From Mobula hypostoma (Eukaryota), in NCBI RefSeq assembly GCF_963921235.1, contig NC_086097.1:172858001-172922000 (forward strand): a stretch of DNA of 64,000 nt. The letters run 5' to 3'. The position numbers were made by a program, and so were the translations under genes. Within the stretch, counting starts at the first letter, position 1; each line of letters starts with the position of its first letter. The notes below the pieces were generated by a model, which saw only the letters and a program-made list of their open reading frames with translations, did not search any database and was not told the DNA's origin. Positions 1-13,550 of the stretch are shown piece after piece.

Positions 1-928
1 GGCTAAGTTTGCGGATGACACCCAGATAGGTGGAGGAGCAGAGTGTGTTGAAGAAACAGAAAGGTTGCAGGGAGACTTGGTCAGTTTAGGAGAGTGGGCA
101 AAGAAATGGCAGATGAAATGCAATGTTGAGAAATGTACTGTTGTACATTTTGGAAGAAGAAATAATTGGGCAGATTATTATTTGGATGGGGAGAAAATTC
201 AAAAATCGGAAGTGCAAAGGGACTTGGGGTTCCTCGTGCAGGATACCCTAAAGATGAACCATCCAAGTTGGATCAGCAGTAGGGAAAGCGAATGCTATGT
301 TGGCATTCATTTCAAGAGGAATAGTGTATGAGTAAGGAGGTGTTGATGAGGCTCTATGGGGCATTAGTGAGACCTCATTTGGAATACTGTGTGCAGTTTT
401 GGGCCCCCTATCTTAGAAGGGATGTATTGATGTCGGAGAGAGTTCAGAGAAGATTTACAAGGATGATTCCTGGAATGCAGGGCCTAACATATGAGGAGCA
501 TTTGTCAGCTCTTGGACTGTATTCATTAGAGTATAGAAGAATGAGAGGGGATCTCATGGAAACATTTCGAATATTGAAAGGGTTGGACAGAGTAGATGTG
601 GAAAGGCTGTTTCCCTTGGTGGGTGAGTCCAGGACAAGAGGCCAAAGTCTAAGAATTAGAGGGTACCCATTTAAAACAGAGGTGAGGAGAAATTTTTTTA
701 GCCAGAGGGTCGTGGATTTATGGAATTCGTTGCCACATACAGCTGTGGAGGCCCGATCATTAAGGGTGTTTAAGGAGGAGATTGATAGGTATCTAATTAG
801 TCAGGGTATCAGGGGATGTGGGGAAAAAGCTGGAAATTGGAAGTAGATGGGAGAATAGTTTAGCTCATGGTGGAGTGGTGGAGCAGACTCGATGGGGCAA
901 ATGGCCTACTTCTGCTCCTTTGTCTTGT
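1..928 (+). mobile_element. CR1-clade LINE, 3' portion (ORF2 C-terminus plus 3' UTR), frameshifted
   Basis: KFADDT at the start. ORFs 65..331 and 328..846 carry LVRPHLEYCVQFWAP and RNFFSQRVVDLWNSLP, typical of CR1 ORF2. CR1 3' end CCTACTTCTGCTCCT near 906-920. Confidence 0.9.
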
Positions 929-3094
929 GAAGATATCCTGAAATGGGAAGGTGAACAGCTAGAGGTCGTGGTATATTTTGGTACAAATGACATAGGTAGG
1001 AAAAGAGGGTAGGTCCTGGAAACAGACAACAGGGAGTTAGGAAGGAAGTTGAGAAGCAGGACCTCAAAGTAATCTTGGGATTACTGCCTGTGCCACGTGA
1101 CAGTGAGTATGGGAATAGAGTGATGTAGAGGATAAATGTGTGGCTGAGGGATTGGAGCAGGGGGCAGGGATTCAGATTTCTGGATCATTGGGACCTCTTT
1201 TGGGGCAGGCGTGACCTGTACAAAAAAGATGGGTTGTACTTGAATCCAAGGGGGACCAATATCCTGGCGGGGAGGTTTGCTAAGGCTGTTGAGGAGAGTT
1301 TATACTAAAATTGCTGGGGGGTGGGAACCAAACTGAAGAGACGGAGAAAGGAGTGGTTGGCTCACAAATTGAGAAAGCTTGTAGACAGTGAGAGTGGGAG
1401 GATAGGCAGCTGATAGAGAAGGGATCCGCTCAGGCTGATGGTTTGAGATGTGTCTATTTTAATGTGAAGAATCATGAACAAAGCGGATGACCTTAGAGTG
1501 CAGATCAGTACTTGGAGCTATGATGTTGTGGCCATTACAGAGACTTGGATGGGTCAGGGCAGGAATGGCTACTTCGAGTGCCAGACTTTTCCGAAAGGAC
1601 AGAGAGGGAGACAAAAGAGGTGGGGGCGTGGCACTGCTGATCAGAGATAATGTCACGGCTGCAGAAAATGAGCAAGTCATGAAGAGATTGCTGAGTCTCT
1701 GTGGGTGGAAGTTAGGAACAGGAAGGGGTCAAAAACTCTACTGGGTGTTTGCTATAGACCACCCAATAGTAACAGGGACATCGAGGAGCAGATAGGGAGA
1801 CAGATTCTGGAAAGATGCAATAATATTAGGGTTGTTGTGGGAGATTTTAATTTCCCAAAATTGATTGGCATCTCCCCGGAGCAAGGGGTTTAGATGGGGT
1901 GGAGTTTGTTAGGTGTGTTCAGTAAGGATTCTTGACGCAATATGTAGATAACCCTACGAGAGGAGAGGCTGTATTTGATCTGATATTGGGAAATGAACCT
2001 CATCAGGTGTCAGCTCTCTCAGTAGGAGAGCATTCTGGAGATAGTGATCACAATTCTACCTCCTTTACCATAGCATTGGAGAGGGATAGAAACAGACACA
2101 TGAGGAAAGAGTTTAATTGGAGTAAGGGGAAGTATAAGGCTATCAGGCAGGAACTTGGAAGCATAAATTAGGAACAGATGTTCTCAGAGAAATGTACAGC
2201 AGAAATGTGGCAAATGTTCAGAGGATATTTGTGTGGTGTTCTGCATAGATATGTTACAATGAGACAGGGAAAGGATGGTAGGGTACAGGAACCATGGTGT
2301 ACAAAGGCTGTTGAAAATCTAGTCAAGAAGAAAAGAAAAGCTTACAAAAGGTTCAAAAAACTAAGTAATGATAGAGATCTAGAAAATTATAAGACTAGCA
2401 GGAAGGAGTTTAAGAATGAAATTAGGAGAACCAGAAGGGGCCATGAGAAGGCCGTGGCAAGCAGCATTAAGGAATACCACAAGGCATTCAACAAGAATAT
2501 GAAGAGCAAGAGGATAAGACGTGAGAGAATAAAATCAATCAAGTGTTTCAGTGGAAGAGTGTGTATGGAGCTGGAGGAGATAGTGGAGGTTACTTAATGA
2601 TACTTTGCTTCAGTATTCACTACGGAAAAGGACCTTGGCGATTGTAGGATGACTTACAGCAGACTGAAAAGCTTGAGCATATAGACACTAAGAAGGAGGA
2701 TGTGCTGGAGCTTTTGGAAAACACCAAGTTGGATAAGTCACCGGGACCGGACGAGATATAACCTAGGCTACCGTGGGAAGCGAGGGAGGAGATTGCTGAG
2801 CCTCTTGCGATGATATTTGCATCATCAATGGGGACGGAAGAGGTTCTGGAGGATTAGAGGGTTGCGGATGTTGTGCCCTTCTTCAAGGAAGGGAGTGGAG
2901 ATAGACTAGAAAATTATAGACCAGTGAGTCTTACATCAGTGGTTGGTAGGTTGATAGAGAAGATCCTGAGATGCAGGATTTATGAACATTTGGAGAGGCA
3001 TGATATGATTAGGAATAGTCAGCATGGCTTTCTCAAAGGTAGGTTATGCCTTACGAGCCTGTTGAAATTTTTTGAGGATGTGACTCAACACATT
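929..3094 (+). mobile_element. CR1 LINE (outer element, 5' part): ORF1 SGNH-esterase C-terminus, ORF2 APE endonuclease and start of RT, decayed
   Basis: VVVYFGTNDIG (esterase block III), then RGGGVALL, GVCYRPPNS, VVGDFNFP, GDSDHN (APE) and NYRPVSLTSVVG, SQHGF (RT). Many stops and frameshifts. Breaks at EDVTQHI. Confidence 0.9.
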
Positions 3095-6000
3095 AACATA
3101 GAACATTGTATAGTACAGCACAGTACAGGCCCTTTGGCCCACTATGTTGTGCCGACCCTCAAACCCTGCCTCCCATATAAGCCCCCACCTTAGATGCCTC
3201 CATGTACCTGTCTAGTAGTCTCTTAAACTTCACTAGTGTATCTGCCTCCACCACTGACTCAGGCAGTGCATTCCACGCACCAACCACTCTCTGAGTAAAA
3301 AACCTTCCTCTAATATCCCCCTTGAACTTCCCACCCTTTACGTTAAAGCCATGTCCTCTTGTATTGAACAGTGGTGCCCTGGGGAAGAGGTGCTGGCTAT
3401 CCACTCTATCTATTCCTCTTATTATCTTGTACACCTCTATCATGTCTCCTCTCATCCTCCTTCTCTCCAAAGAGTAAAGCCCTAGCTCTCTTAATCTCTC
3501 ATCATAATGCATACTCTCTAAACCAGGCAGCATTCTGGTAAATCTCCTCTGTACACTTTCCAATGCTTCCACATCCTTCCTATAGTGAGGTGACCAGAAC
3601 TGGACACAGTACTCCAAGTGTGGCCTAACCAGAGTTTTATAGAGCTGCATCACTACATCGCGACTCTTAAACTCTATCCCTCGACTTATGAAAGCTAACA
3701 CCCCATAAGCTTTCTTACCTACCCTATCCACCTGTGAGGCAACTTTCAGGGATCTGTGGACATGTACCCCCAGATCCCCTCCACACTACCAAGTATCCTG
3801 CCATTTACTTTGTACTCTGCCTTGAAGTTTGTCCTTCCAAAGTGTACCACCTCACACTTCTCCGGGTTGAACTCCATCTGCCATTTCTCAGCCCACTTCT
3901 GCATCCTATCAATGTCTCTCTGCAATCTTTGACAATCCTCTACACTATCTACAACACCACCAACCTTTGTGCCATCTGCAAACTTGCCAACCCGCCCTTC
4001 TACCCCCACATCCAGATCGTTAATAAAAATCACGAAAAGTAGAGGTCCCAGACCAGATCCTTGTGGGACACCACGAGTCACAACCCTCCAATCCGAACGT
4101 ACTCCCTCCACCATGACCCTCTGCCTTCTGCAGGCAAGCCAATTCTGAATCCACCTGGCCAAACTTCGCTGGATCCCATGCCTTCTGACTTTCTGAATAA
4201 GCCTACCATGTGGAACCTTGTCAAATGCCTTACTAAAATCCACATAGATCACATCTACTGCACTACCCTCATTTATATGCCTGGTCACCTCCTCAAAGCA
4301 CTCTATCAGGCTTGTTAGACACAATCTGCCCTTCACAAAGCCATGCTTCCTGTCCCTGATCAGACCATGATTCTCTAAATGCCCAGAGATCCTATCTCTA
4401 GGAATCTTTTCCAACAGCTTTCCCACCACAGACGTAAGGCTCACTGGTCTATAATTACCTGGACTATCCCTATTACCTTTTTTGAACAAGTGGACAACAT
4501 TAGCCTCCCTCCAATCCTCCGGTACCATTCCCGTGGACAACGAGGACATAAAGATCCTAGCCAGAGGCTCAGCATTCTCTTCCCTCACCTCATGGAGCAG
4601 CCTGGGGAATATTCCGTCAGGCCCCAGGGACTTATCCATCTTAATGTATTTTAACAACTCCAACACCTCCTCTTCCTTAATATCAATGTGCTCCAGAACA
4701 TCAACCTCACTCATATTGTCCTCATCGTCATCAAGTTCCCTCTCATTGGTGAATACCGAAGAGAAGTATTCATTGAGGACCTCGCTCTCTTCCACAGCCT
4801 CCAGGCACATCTTCTCACCTTTATCTCTAATCGGTCCTCCCTTCACTCCTGTCATCCTTTTTTTCTTCACATATTTGAAGAATGCCTTGGGGTTTTCCTT
4901 TACCCTACTCGCCAAGACCTTCTCATGCCCCCTTCTTGCTCTTTTCAGCCCCCTCTTAAGTTCCTTTCTTGCTTCCCTATATTCCTCAATAGACCCATCT
5001 GATCCTTGCTTCCTAAACCTCATGTATGCTGCCTTCTTCCACCTGACTAGATTTTCCACCTCACTTGTCACCCATGGTTCCATCACCCTACCATTCTTTA
5101 TCTTCCTCACCGGGACATATTTATCCCTAACATCCTGCAAGAGATCTGTAAACATCGACCACATGTCCATAGTACATTTCCCTGCAAAAACATCATCCCA
5201 ATTCATACCCGCAAGTTCTAGCCTTATAGCCTCATAATTTGCCCTTCCTCAATTAAAAATTTTCCTGTCCTCCCTGATTCTATCCTTTTCCATGATAATG
5301 CTAAAGGCCAGGGAGCGGTGGTCACTGTCCCCCAGATGCTCACCCACTGAGAGATCTGTGACCTGACCCGGTTCATTACCTAGTACTAGATCTAGTATGG
5401 CATTCCCCTTGGTTGGCCTGTCCACATACTGTGACAGGAATCCATCCTGGACACACTTAACAAATTCTGCCCCATCTAAACCCTTGGAACTAATCAGGTG
5501 CCAATCAATATTAGGGAAGTTAAAGTCACCCATGATAACAACCCTGTTATTTTTGCACCTTTCCAAAATCTGCCTCCCAATCTGCTCCTCTGTATCTCTG
5601 CTGCTACCAGGGGGCCTATAGAATACCCCCAGTAGAGTAACTGCTCCCTTCCTGTTCCTGACTTCCACCCATATTGACTCAAAAGAGGATCCTGCCACAT
5701 TACCCACCCTTTCTGTAGCTGTAATAGTATCCCTGACCAGTAATGCCACCCCTCCTCCCCTTTTTCCACCCTCCCTATCCCTTTTAAAGCACTGAAATCC
5801 AGGAATATTGAGAATCCATTCCTGCCCTGGTGCCAGCCAAGTCTCTGTAATGGCCACTACATCATAATTCCATGTATGTATCCAAGCTCTCAGTTCATCA
5901 CCTTTGTTCCTGATGCTTCTTGCATTGAGGTACACACACTTCAGCCCTTCTACCTTACTGTCTTTACACCGTTTATTCTGCTTCTCTTTCCTCAAAGCCT

Positions 6001-6396
6001 CTCTATACGTTAGATCTGGCTTTACTCCATGCACTTCTTTCACTGCTCTATCGCTCTGGGTCCCATCCCCCTTGCAAATTAGTTTAAACCCTCCCGAACC
6101 ATGCGAGCAAACCTACCTGCAAGGATATTGCTCCCCCTCGAGTTCAGGTGCAACCCATCCAATCTATACAGGTCCCACCTTCCCCAGAAGAGATCTCAAT
6201 GATCCAAAAATCTAAAACCCTTCCCCTGCACCAACCCCTCAGCCACGCATTCAACTGCCATCTCCTCCAATTCTTACCATCACTGTCACGTAGCACTGGC
6301 AGCAATCCTGAGAAGGCCACCTTTGAGGTCCTGTTCTTCAGCCTTCTGCCTACTTCTCGAAACTCACACTTCAGGACCTCATCCCTCTTCCTGCCC
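3095..6396 (-). mobile_element. CR1 LINE inserted antisense into the outer CR1; near-complete ORF2 plus ORF1 C-terminus
   Basis: Minus-strand ORFs 5249..6043 (APE: YLNARSI, AITETWL, MGDFNFP, GDSDH), 3746..5206 (RT: YRPVSLTS, DFSKAFDKV, GVPQGS, KFAD) and 3159..3731 (C-terminus). 3' tail (TTCTATGTT) at about 3095-3105. ORF1 DGLHLN motif near 6143-6160. Confidence 0.93.
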
Positions 6397-7596
6397 TTGA
6401 TGAAGGAAAAGCAGTAGATGTCGTGTATATGGATTTCAGCAAGGCATTTGATAAGGTACTCCATGCCAGGCTTACTGAGAAAGTAAGGAGGCATGGGATC
6501 CAAGGGGACCTTGCTTTGTGCATCTAGAATTGGCTTGCCCACAGAAGGCAAAGAGTGGTTGTAGTCGGGTCATATTCTGCATGGAGGTTGGTGACCAGTG
6601 GTGTGCCTCAGGGATCTGTTCTAGGATGCCATCTCTTTGTGATTTTTATAAATGACCTGGATGAGGAAGTGGAGGAATGGGTTAGTAAATTTGCTGATGA
6701 CACAAAGTTTGGGGGTGTTGTGGATAGTGTGGAGGGCTGTCAGAAGTTACAGCGGGACATTAATAGGATGCAAAACTGGGCTGAGAAGTGGCAGATGGAG
6801 TTCAACCCAGATAAGTACGAGGTGGTTCGTTTTGGTAGGTCAAATATGATGGCAGAATATAGTATTAATGGTAAAACTCTTGGCAGTGTGGAGTATCGGG
6901 GATCTTGGGGCCCAAGTCTATAGGACAATCAAAGCTGCTGCACAGGTTGACTCTGTAGATAAGTAGACATACGGTGCATTGGCCTTCATCAACCGTGGGA
7001 TTGAGTTCAAGAGCCAGACGGTAATATTATAGCTATATAGGACCATGGTCAGACCCCACTTGGAGTACTGTGCTTAGTTCTGGTCACCTCACTGCAGGAA
7101 GGATGTGGAAACTATTGAAAGGGTGCAGAAGAGATTTACAAGGATGTTGCCTGGATTGGGGAGCATGCCTTATGAGAATAGGTTGAGTGAACTTGGCCTT
7201 TTCTCCTTGGAGCGACGGAGGATGAGAAGTGACCTGATAGAAGTGTTTCAGATAATGAGAGGCATTGATTGTGTGGATAGTCAGAGGCTTTTTCCCCAGG
7301 CTGAGACGGCTATCACGAGAGGGCACAGTTTTAATGTGCTTGGAAGTAGGTACAGAGGGAATGTCAGGGGTAAGTTTTTTTTGCAGAGAGTGGTGAGTAT
7401 GTGGAATGGGCTGCCAGCGACTGTGGTGGAAGCGGGTACAATAGGGTCTTTTAAGAGACTCCTGGATAGGTACACATAGCTTAGAAAAACAGAGGGCTAT
7501 GGGTAACCCTTGGTAATTTCTAAAGTAAGTACATGTTCAGCACAGCTTTGCGGGCCGAAGGGCCTGTGTTGTGCTGTAGGTTTTCTATGTTTCTAT
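6397..7596 (+). mobile_element. CR1 LINE (outer element, 3' part)
   Basis: Resumes with DEGKAVDVVYMDFSKAFDKV, directly continuing EDVTQHI at 3094. Contains GVPQGSVLG and KFADDTK, and ends in a TTTCTATGTTTCTAT tail. Confidence 0.92.
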
Positions 7597-7599
7597 TTT

Positions 7600-9126
7600 A
7601 GTGATCTTGTATCTAAATTGTTTGATTAAGCATTCTTGTTTGTTTAAGTAATTCATTATGGGTTATATGTATAAATATGTGAATTGCATACATCATCACA
7701 GTACCATATAATACGTACGCACTTCTCACATAAAGTAAAGAACAGAGTTAGACTCACATTTCGGTCTGTCGTGTCTTTCTTTGATTTACTCTATTGTTTT
7801 GAAGTTATAAAGCATAGCAGTGACAAAGAGATATTTTTAAAACAACCCCAATACAACGACTGACCTGTTGAAACACAGCAAGGGAAAAAACAGCACAGCA
7901 CAGGACATGCAGAAACAGTCATGTTTTAAAAAAGGCAGTGCAGCATGGGTTCTTTGGAAGGGAAGACATAATCGAGTTTTTGAAAAGTCATAAAACAGAA
8001 GAATTCACAGACTAATATACAGTAAGCACCAGGTGATAATCCTTAAAAAATCTGAAATGGATGGCAACATTGGATAGATACATTTGATTGCCCCATGGGT
8101 AACTGGCTCAAGTATTCTAAGCAAATTGAAACAAATGAAATCACCAATGTGAAACAAGTACAATTTTGCATTGGGTTTAAAAGCTTGCAACTTGCTTCGA
8201 AGTCTAACTGCTCCAGCCAAGCCAGCAGAAATCAACATTGCTGCTATTGCGAAAGTGATGCAGGAACATTTAGAACTAAAGCTATTGCAAGCAACATACA
8301 TCTATAACATAAAGCTATTGTTGATTTCAGAAAGTTTTAGCAGAATCAGAAAGAAGGGGAGTCCACTTCAGCATACATGGCTGAACTGAAGAGATTGTCT
8401 GAGAATTGTCAGTTTGGTAATGGGCTTAATAATGCACTGAGAAATCATTTAGTTTGTGGAATCTTACAGGGAAGCATTCAAATACAGTTCATAACTGAAA
8501 GTACAACTTACATTTAAAAGTTGAAATTAATATTTCAATCCCACCAACAGAGACGCAATTGCGTTGCAGTCAGGAATGAAAGTGAGTGTAAACAGAATGG
8601 AAGCATCTAAACATAAACCTGCCTGGCCAAATAAATTGTGTTACCATTGTGGCAGGGGCGCACATACACCAGACCAATTTAGGTTTAAAGGCAAAACTTG
8701 CAGAAAATGCAACAAATTAGGTCACATGGAAGGAGCGTGTTGAGCAAACAAAATAAATGATCTGCACAGGAAAGGAAAAAAAAGCTAAAAAGTCAAGTTA
8801 CAGCTTCTAAAGAACACTAATCTGCATGCTGCTAATGAAAAATCTGATAATGATAAGAGTAACACGGGACAGTGTATCTTTGAGGTTTACAATGTGAAAA
8901 CTAGCAATAGAGAAGCAATATGGCTTACACCAGAAATGAATGGCAAATTAATTAAAATGGAATTGGACACTGGTTCGGCTGTTCCAGTCATTCCACAGAA
9001 TGTGTTTTGACATTCGTAACAGTAAAATACAACAACCAACAAGCCACGTTGAGCATATATGTGGTAAAAGCAGGATGAACAGCATTGTGGGGACATGATT
9101 GGCTGAAACAATTACAATTTGATTAT
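7600..9126 (+). mobile_element. Gypsy/Ty3 LTR retrotransposon relic (partial LTR, gag, protease)
   Basis: Broken frames give LGLKACNLLRSLTAPAKP, NQKEGES..AYMAELKRLSENCQFG, zinc knuckles CYHCGRGAH and CRKCNKLGHMEGAC, and protease IKMELDTGSAV. An AT-rich LTR-like segment ends near 7819. A short continuation is probable at about 10654-10810. Confidence 0.8.
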
Positions 9127-10653
9127 CCAAATCAGCATCAGGTTTATTATCACCGGCATGTGATGAGAAATTTGGTAACTTAGCAGCAGTTCAATGCAAT
9201 ACATAATATAGACAAAAAACAAAATAAAATAATAATAAATAAATAAATAAATAATTTACAGTATACGTATATTGATTAGATTAAAAATCGTGCAAAAAAC
9301 AGAAATACTATATACTAAAATATATTAAAAGTGAGGTAGTGCCCAAGGGTTCAATGACCATTTAGGAATCGGATGGCAGAGGGGAAGAAGCTGTTCCTGA
9401 ATTGCTGTGTGTGTGTCTTCAGGCTTCTGTACCTCCTATCTGATGGTAACAGTGAGAAAAGGGCACGCCCTGGGTGCTGGAGGTCCTTAATAATGGACGC
9501 TGCCTTTCTGAGACACTGCTACTTGAAGATGTGTTTGGTACTTTGTAGGCTAGTACCCAAGATGGAGCCGACTAAATTTACAACCCTCTGCAGCTTCTTT
9601 CGGTCCTGTGCGGTTGACATACCAAATCTCTTCAGACTCCTAATGAAGTACAGCTGCTGTCTTGCCTTCTTTATAACTACTTCGATATGTTGGGACCAGG
9701 TTAGATCCTCAGAGACCTTGACACTCAGGAACTTGAAACTGCTCACTCTCTCCACTTCTGATCCCTCTACGAGGATTGGTATGTGTTCCTTCATCTTACC
9801 CTTCTGGAACTACACAATCAGCTCTTTCTACTTACTGATGTTCAGGGCCAGGTTGCTGCTGCGACACCACTCCACTAGTTGGCATATTTCACTCCTGGAC
9901 ACCCTCCCGTCACCATCTGTGATTCTACCAACAATGGCTGTATCATCAGCAAATTTGTAGATGGTATTTGAGCTATGCCTAGCCACACAGTCATGTGTAT
10001 ATAGAGAGAAGAGCAGTGGGGTAAACACACACCCCTGAAGTGCGCCAGTGTTGATCAACAGCGAGGAGGATATGTTATCACCAATCTGCACAGATTGTGG
10101 TCTTCCAGTTAGGAAGTCGAGGATCCAATTGCAGAGGGAGGTACAGCGGTCCAGGTTCTGCAGTTTCTCAATCAAGGTTGTCGGAATGATGGTACTAAAT
10201 GCTGTGCTATAGTTGATGAGCTTAGGTGTTTGTGTTGTCCAGGTGGTGTAAAGCCGTGTGGAGAGCCATTGAGGTTGCATCTGCTGTTGACCTATTGTGG
10301 TGATAGGCAAATTGCAGAGGGTCCAGGTCCTTGCTAAGGCAGGAGTTCAGTCTGGTCATGACCAATCTCTCAAAGCACTTGCATCTACATCCCACTGTAG
10401 GTGTGAGTGCTCCCAGGCAATAGATATTAAGGCAGCTCACATTATTCTTCTTAGACACTGGTAATAATTGTTGCCTTTTTGAAGCAAGTGGGAACTTCTG
10501 CCCATAACAGTGAGAGGTTGAAAATGTCCTTGAATACTCCCACCAGTTGGTTAGCACAGGTTTTACCAGGTACTCTATCGGGACCTTCTGCCATGCGAGG
10601 GTTCACTCTCTTTAAAGACAGCCTAACATCGGCCTCTGAGATAGAGATCACAG
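9127..10653 (-). mobile_element. Rex1/Babar-type LINE, 5'-truncated, inserted in the Gypsy relic
   Basis: [79 protein letters not shown]-rich 3' UTR with TATT repeats. Confidence 0.88.
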
Positions 10654-11624
10654 GATCAGTTCATCGTATTAGCCGGGCAAATCTCCGCAAAAGTTTGCAG
10701 GCAGAAAGGAGCCAAGGAGCAGTCTCACAGCCTTATTCAGTAACCATCCCAAAAAATCATGGTGGATTCTTCATTAGACCCCCTTGAGAGGATAATAATC
10801 CTCAAAGATTCCACAATAAATAAACTAATATAGCGGCAACTGAGCATTGACTGACACAACCTCAGCAAGCTGCATCATAGCTGGTTACGGCAATTGCTCT
10901 GCTCAAGATCACAAGAAACAGCAGAGCTGCGAGCACAGCCCAATCCATCACAAAAACTAGTCCATCCTTCATTGACTCTGTCTACTTTTCCCACAGTGTT
11001 GGCAAAGCAGTCAAATGATCAATTTATCAAGGTTATTTCACCCATCATTCTCTCTTGTTTTCTCTCCCATTGGAGAAGGAAGGACTTCAGGGTGGGATTG
11101 AACGAGATGGATCTAACTGTGTTTCCTGCCAAAGTAAGTACCCTGGACCCTTGCTGCAGGGTCACCTGTTGCAGTTGTCCAGGGGGTGGAAATGCTGGAG
11201 TTGATACAGGAGAAAGCAGAGGCCTTTGTGGGGTGCACTGGAATCCATACTGATAGGATAGCCTCTTCCGTCGGTGCTGCTCTCCAGTGTTTGCTCCGTG
11301 CTGCCCTCCAGTGTTCACTTGGTAGAAGAACAGGTTGGACAGGACAACCTACTATCAATCTACAGGGACTTTGGCTATATAAATATTTTTTTTTGTTGTG
11401 ATTGTATGCTTTCCTGAAATTATAACGATATGTGCTATTTGTGCTATGTGCAGTGTGCTGTGTGCTGTTGGTAATGCATTTTGCACCTTGGCTCCGGAGG
11501 AAAACTTTTGTTTAGCTATATTCATGTATGGTTGAATGACAGTTAAACTCGAACTTAAACTAGAAGTTTCAAATGTTGTTAATGTACTTGCTCAAGCACT
11601 TATTCTAGCAGCTCATTCCATATA

Positions 11625-12138
11625 CAGTACTGTGCAAAAGTCTAAGCCACATATGTATAGGTAGTTTTAAAAGAGTGGAGAGCGAGTTTGTAAATCTGAC
11701 AGGAGCAAAGAACATTGGGAGTGGTGAAGATGAGGCGCTGCAGGAGAGGTGTTGAACAGATGGCAGAGACTGAGTGCCAGGGCCAAGGATACCACTGGTG
11801 CAGACATACCCAGCCCTGGGACAGCAGGTAAGATCATTTTATTCCAAACAATTGGTTTATTAATCATTACAGAATGTCTCTTTATTGCATCTCACTCCCT
11901 CCCCTCTCCCTTCCCCTTTCCCCCCGCTATGATTCCCCTCTCCCTGCCCCCTTCCCATTCTCAGTCCACAATGGACACCCAAATCAGAATCAGGTCTATC
12001 ATCACTCACATATGTCATTAAATGTTTCTTTTTGCAGCAACAGTAAGTGCAATACCTAAAATTACTACAGTATTGTGCAAAAGTCTTAGGCACCCTAGCT
12101 ACATATATGTATGTGCCAAAGACTTTTGCATATCACAA
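11625..12138. mobile_element. Tc1/mariner-type non-autonomous element (CAGTACTGTGCAAAAGT ends) carrying captured sequence
   Basis: TA|CAGTACTGTGCAAAAGTCT at 11625, a second direct copy at 12068, and an inverted end (GACTTTTGCA…) near 12121-12138 followed by TA. It interrupts a minus-strand CR1 fragment. Confidence 0.6.
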
Positions 12139-12899
12139 TACATTTCACTCTGAGTGAAAAAGTTGCCCCTCAGTTTCCTGTTAAGTTTCTCCCCTCTCAC
12201 CTTAAACCTATCCCTCTAGTTCTTGACTCCTCAACTGATCAGAGATCATTTATTGTGCTTCAACAAAACAATATCAATTCAAAATGAACAAGTAGCCAGC
12301 CGGAGAAACTCAATAAGTCTGGCAGCATCTGTTGTGGGAGGGGGGAAGCAATTGTCAAAGTTTCTAGTCAAAACATAGCATCAGATCTGGCAGTGCAGTG
12401 CTGACCTGCTTAATCTCTCTTTGTACAAAAGCCCCTTCCCTGCATCCCAGGAATCAATTTGATATCTGTTCTGCACTCTTTCACATGCACATCCTTTTTT
12501 TAAGGTAGGGAGATCAGACCTGCACACAATATTCCAGGTGTGGTCTCACCAGGACTTTATATAATTGGAGCAAGATGTCTCAAATCCTCTTGCAACAAAA
12601 GCCAATATGCTGTTTGCATTCTAATTGCTTGCAGAGCATATGTATTAACTTTCAGTGATTCATGTACAAAGAGACCCAGGTTCCCTCTGAATGCCAACAC
12701 TCTTCGATCTCTGACCATTTAATCAATACTCCACTTTCTGTTTATCCAACCCGGATTGATATTCTCCTTTTTCTACATTATATTCCATCTGTCATGTCCT
12801 TCCCCTTCAGTTATCCTATCCATGTTCCCCAGATCCATTCTGCATCTCCCTCACACTACCACAATAGTCTTGTATCACTATCTAATTAGGACAGAAAGA

Positions 12900-13550
12900 C
12901 TCAGAAGTGCAGGAACATAGTTGGTCGCGACACAGTTAGGAGGGTGAAAAAGCATTTGACACACTTACCTTTATCAGTCAGGAAACTGAGTACAGGAGAT
13001 AGGAAGGCAAATGTACAAGACATTGGTAAGGCCACATTAGGAGCACTGCATGCAGTTCTGGTTGTCCTGCTTTAGGAAGGATGTCATCAAACTGGAAAGA
13101 GTGCAAAAGGATTAACCGGCACTGGATGGATCGACTTACAGGGATAGATTTATTTTTTTCCTGGAACTTAGGAATCTGAAGGGCAACCTACTTGAAGGTT
13201 ATAAAATCATGAGGGGCAGTCATAAGGTGAATCATCACAGTCTTTTTTTTCCCAGGGGAAGGGAGTATAAAGTCAGTGGGGATAAGTTTAAATTCAAAGG
13301 GGAAGGATTTAACAGGGACTTATTCACACAGAGGCTGGTGGATAAATGGAATAAGATAGCAGAGGAAATGGTAGAGGCAGATCCAATTATGACATTTAAG
13401 AGTTGTTTGAACAGGAACATGGATAGTTAATGTTTGAGCGATATAGACCAAATGCAAGAAAATGTGACTAGCTCAGGTAGGCGTCTTGATTGGCCTGGAT
13501 GAGTTGGGTCAAAGGGCCAGTTTTCCCTGCCATATATCTCTAGAGCTCCA
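12900..13550 (+). mobile_element. Old CR1 3' fragment
   Basis: TTGGTAAGGCCACATTAGGAGCACTG (LVRPHLE-like) and FTQRLVDKWNK in ORF 13209..13430. Confidence 0.75.

Noticed and set aside
4061..5237. Long + strand ORFs (for example 4482..5237, 251 aa, Ser-rich)
   Set aside because: They are antisense shadows of the minus-strand CR1 ORF2, with no independent coding evidence.
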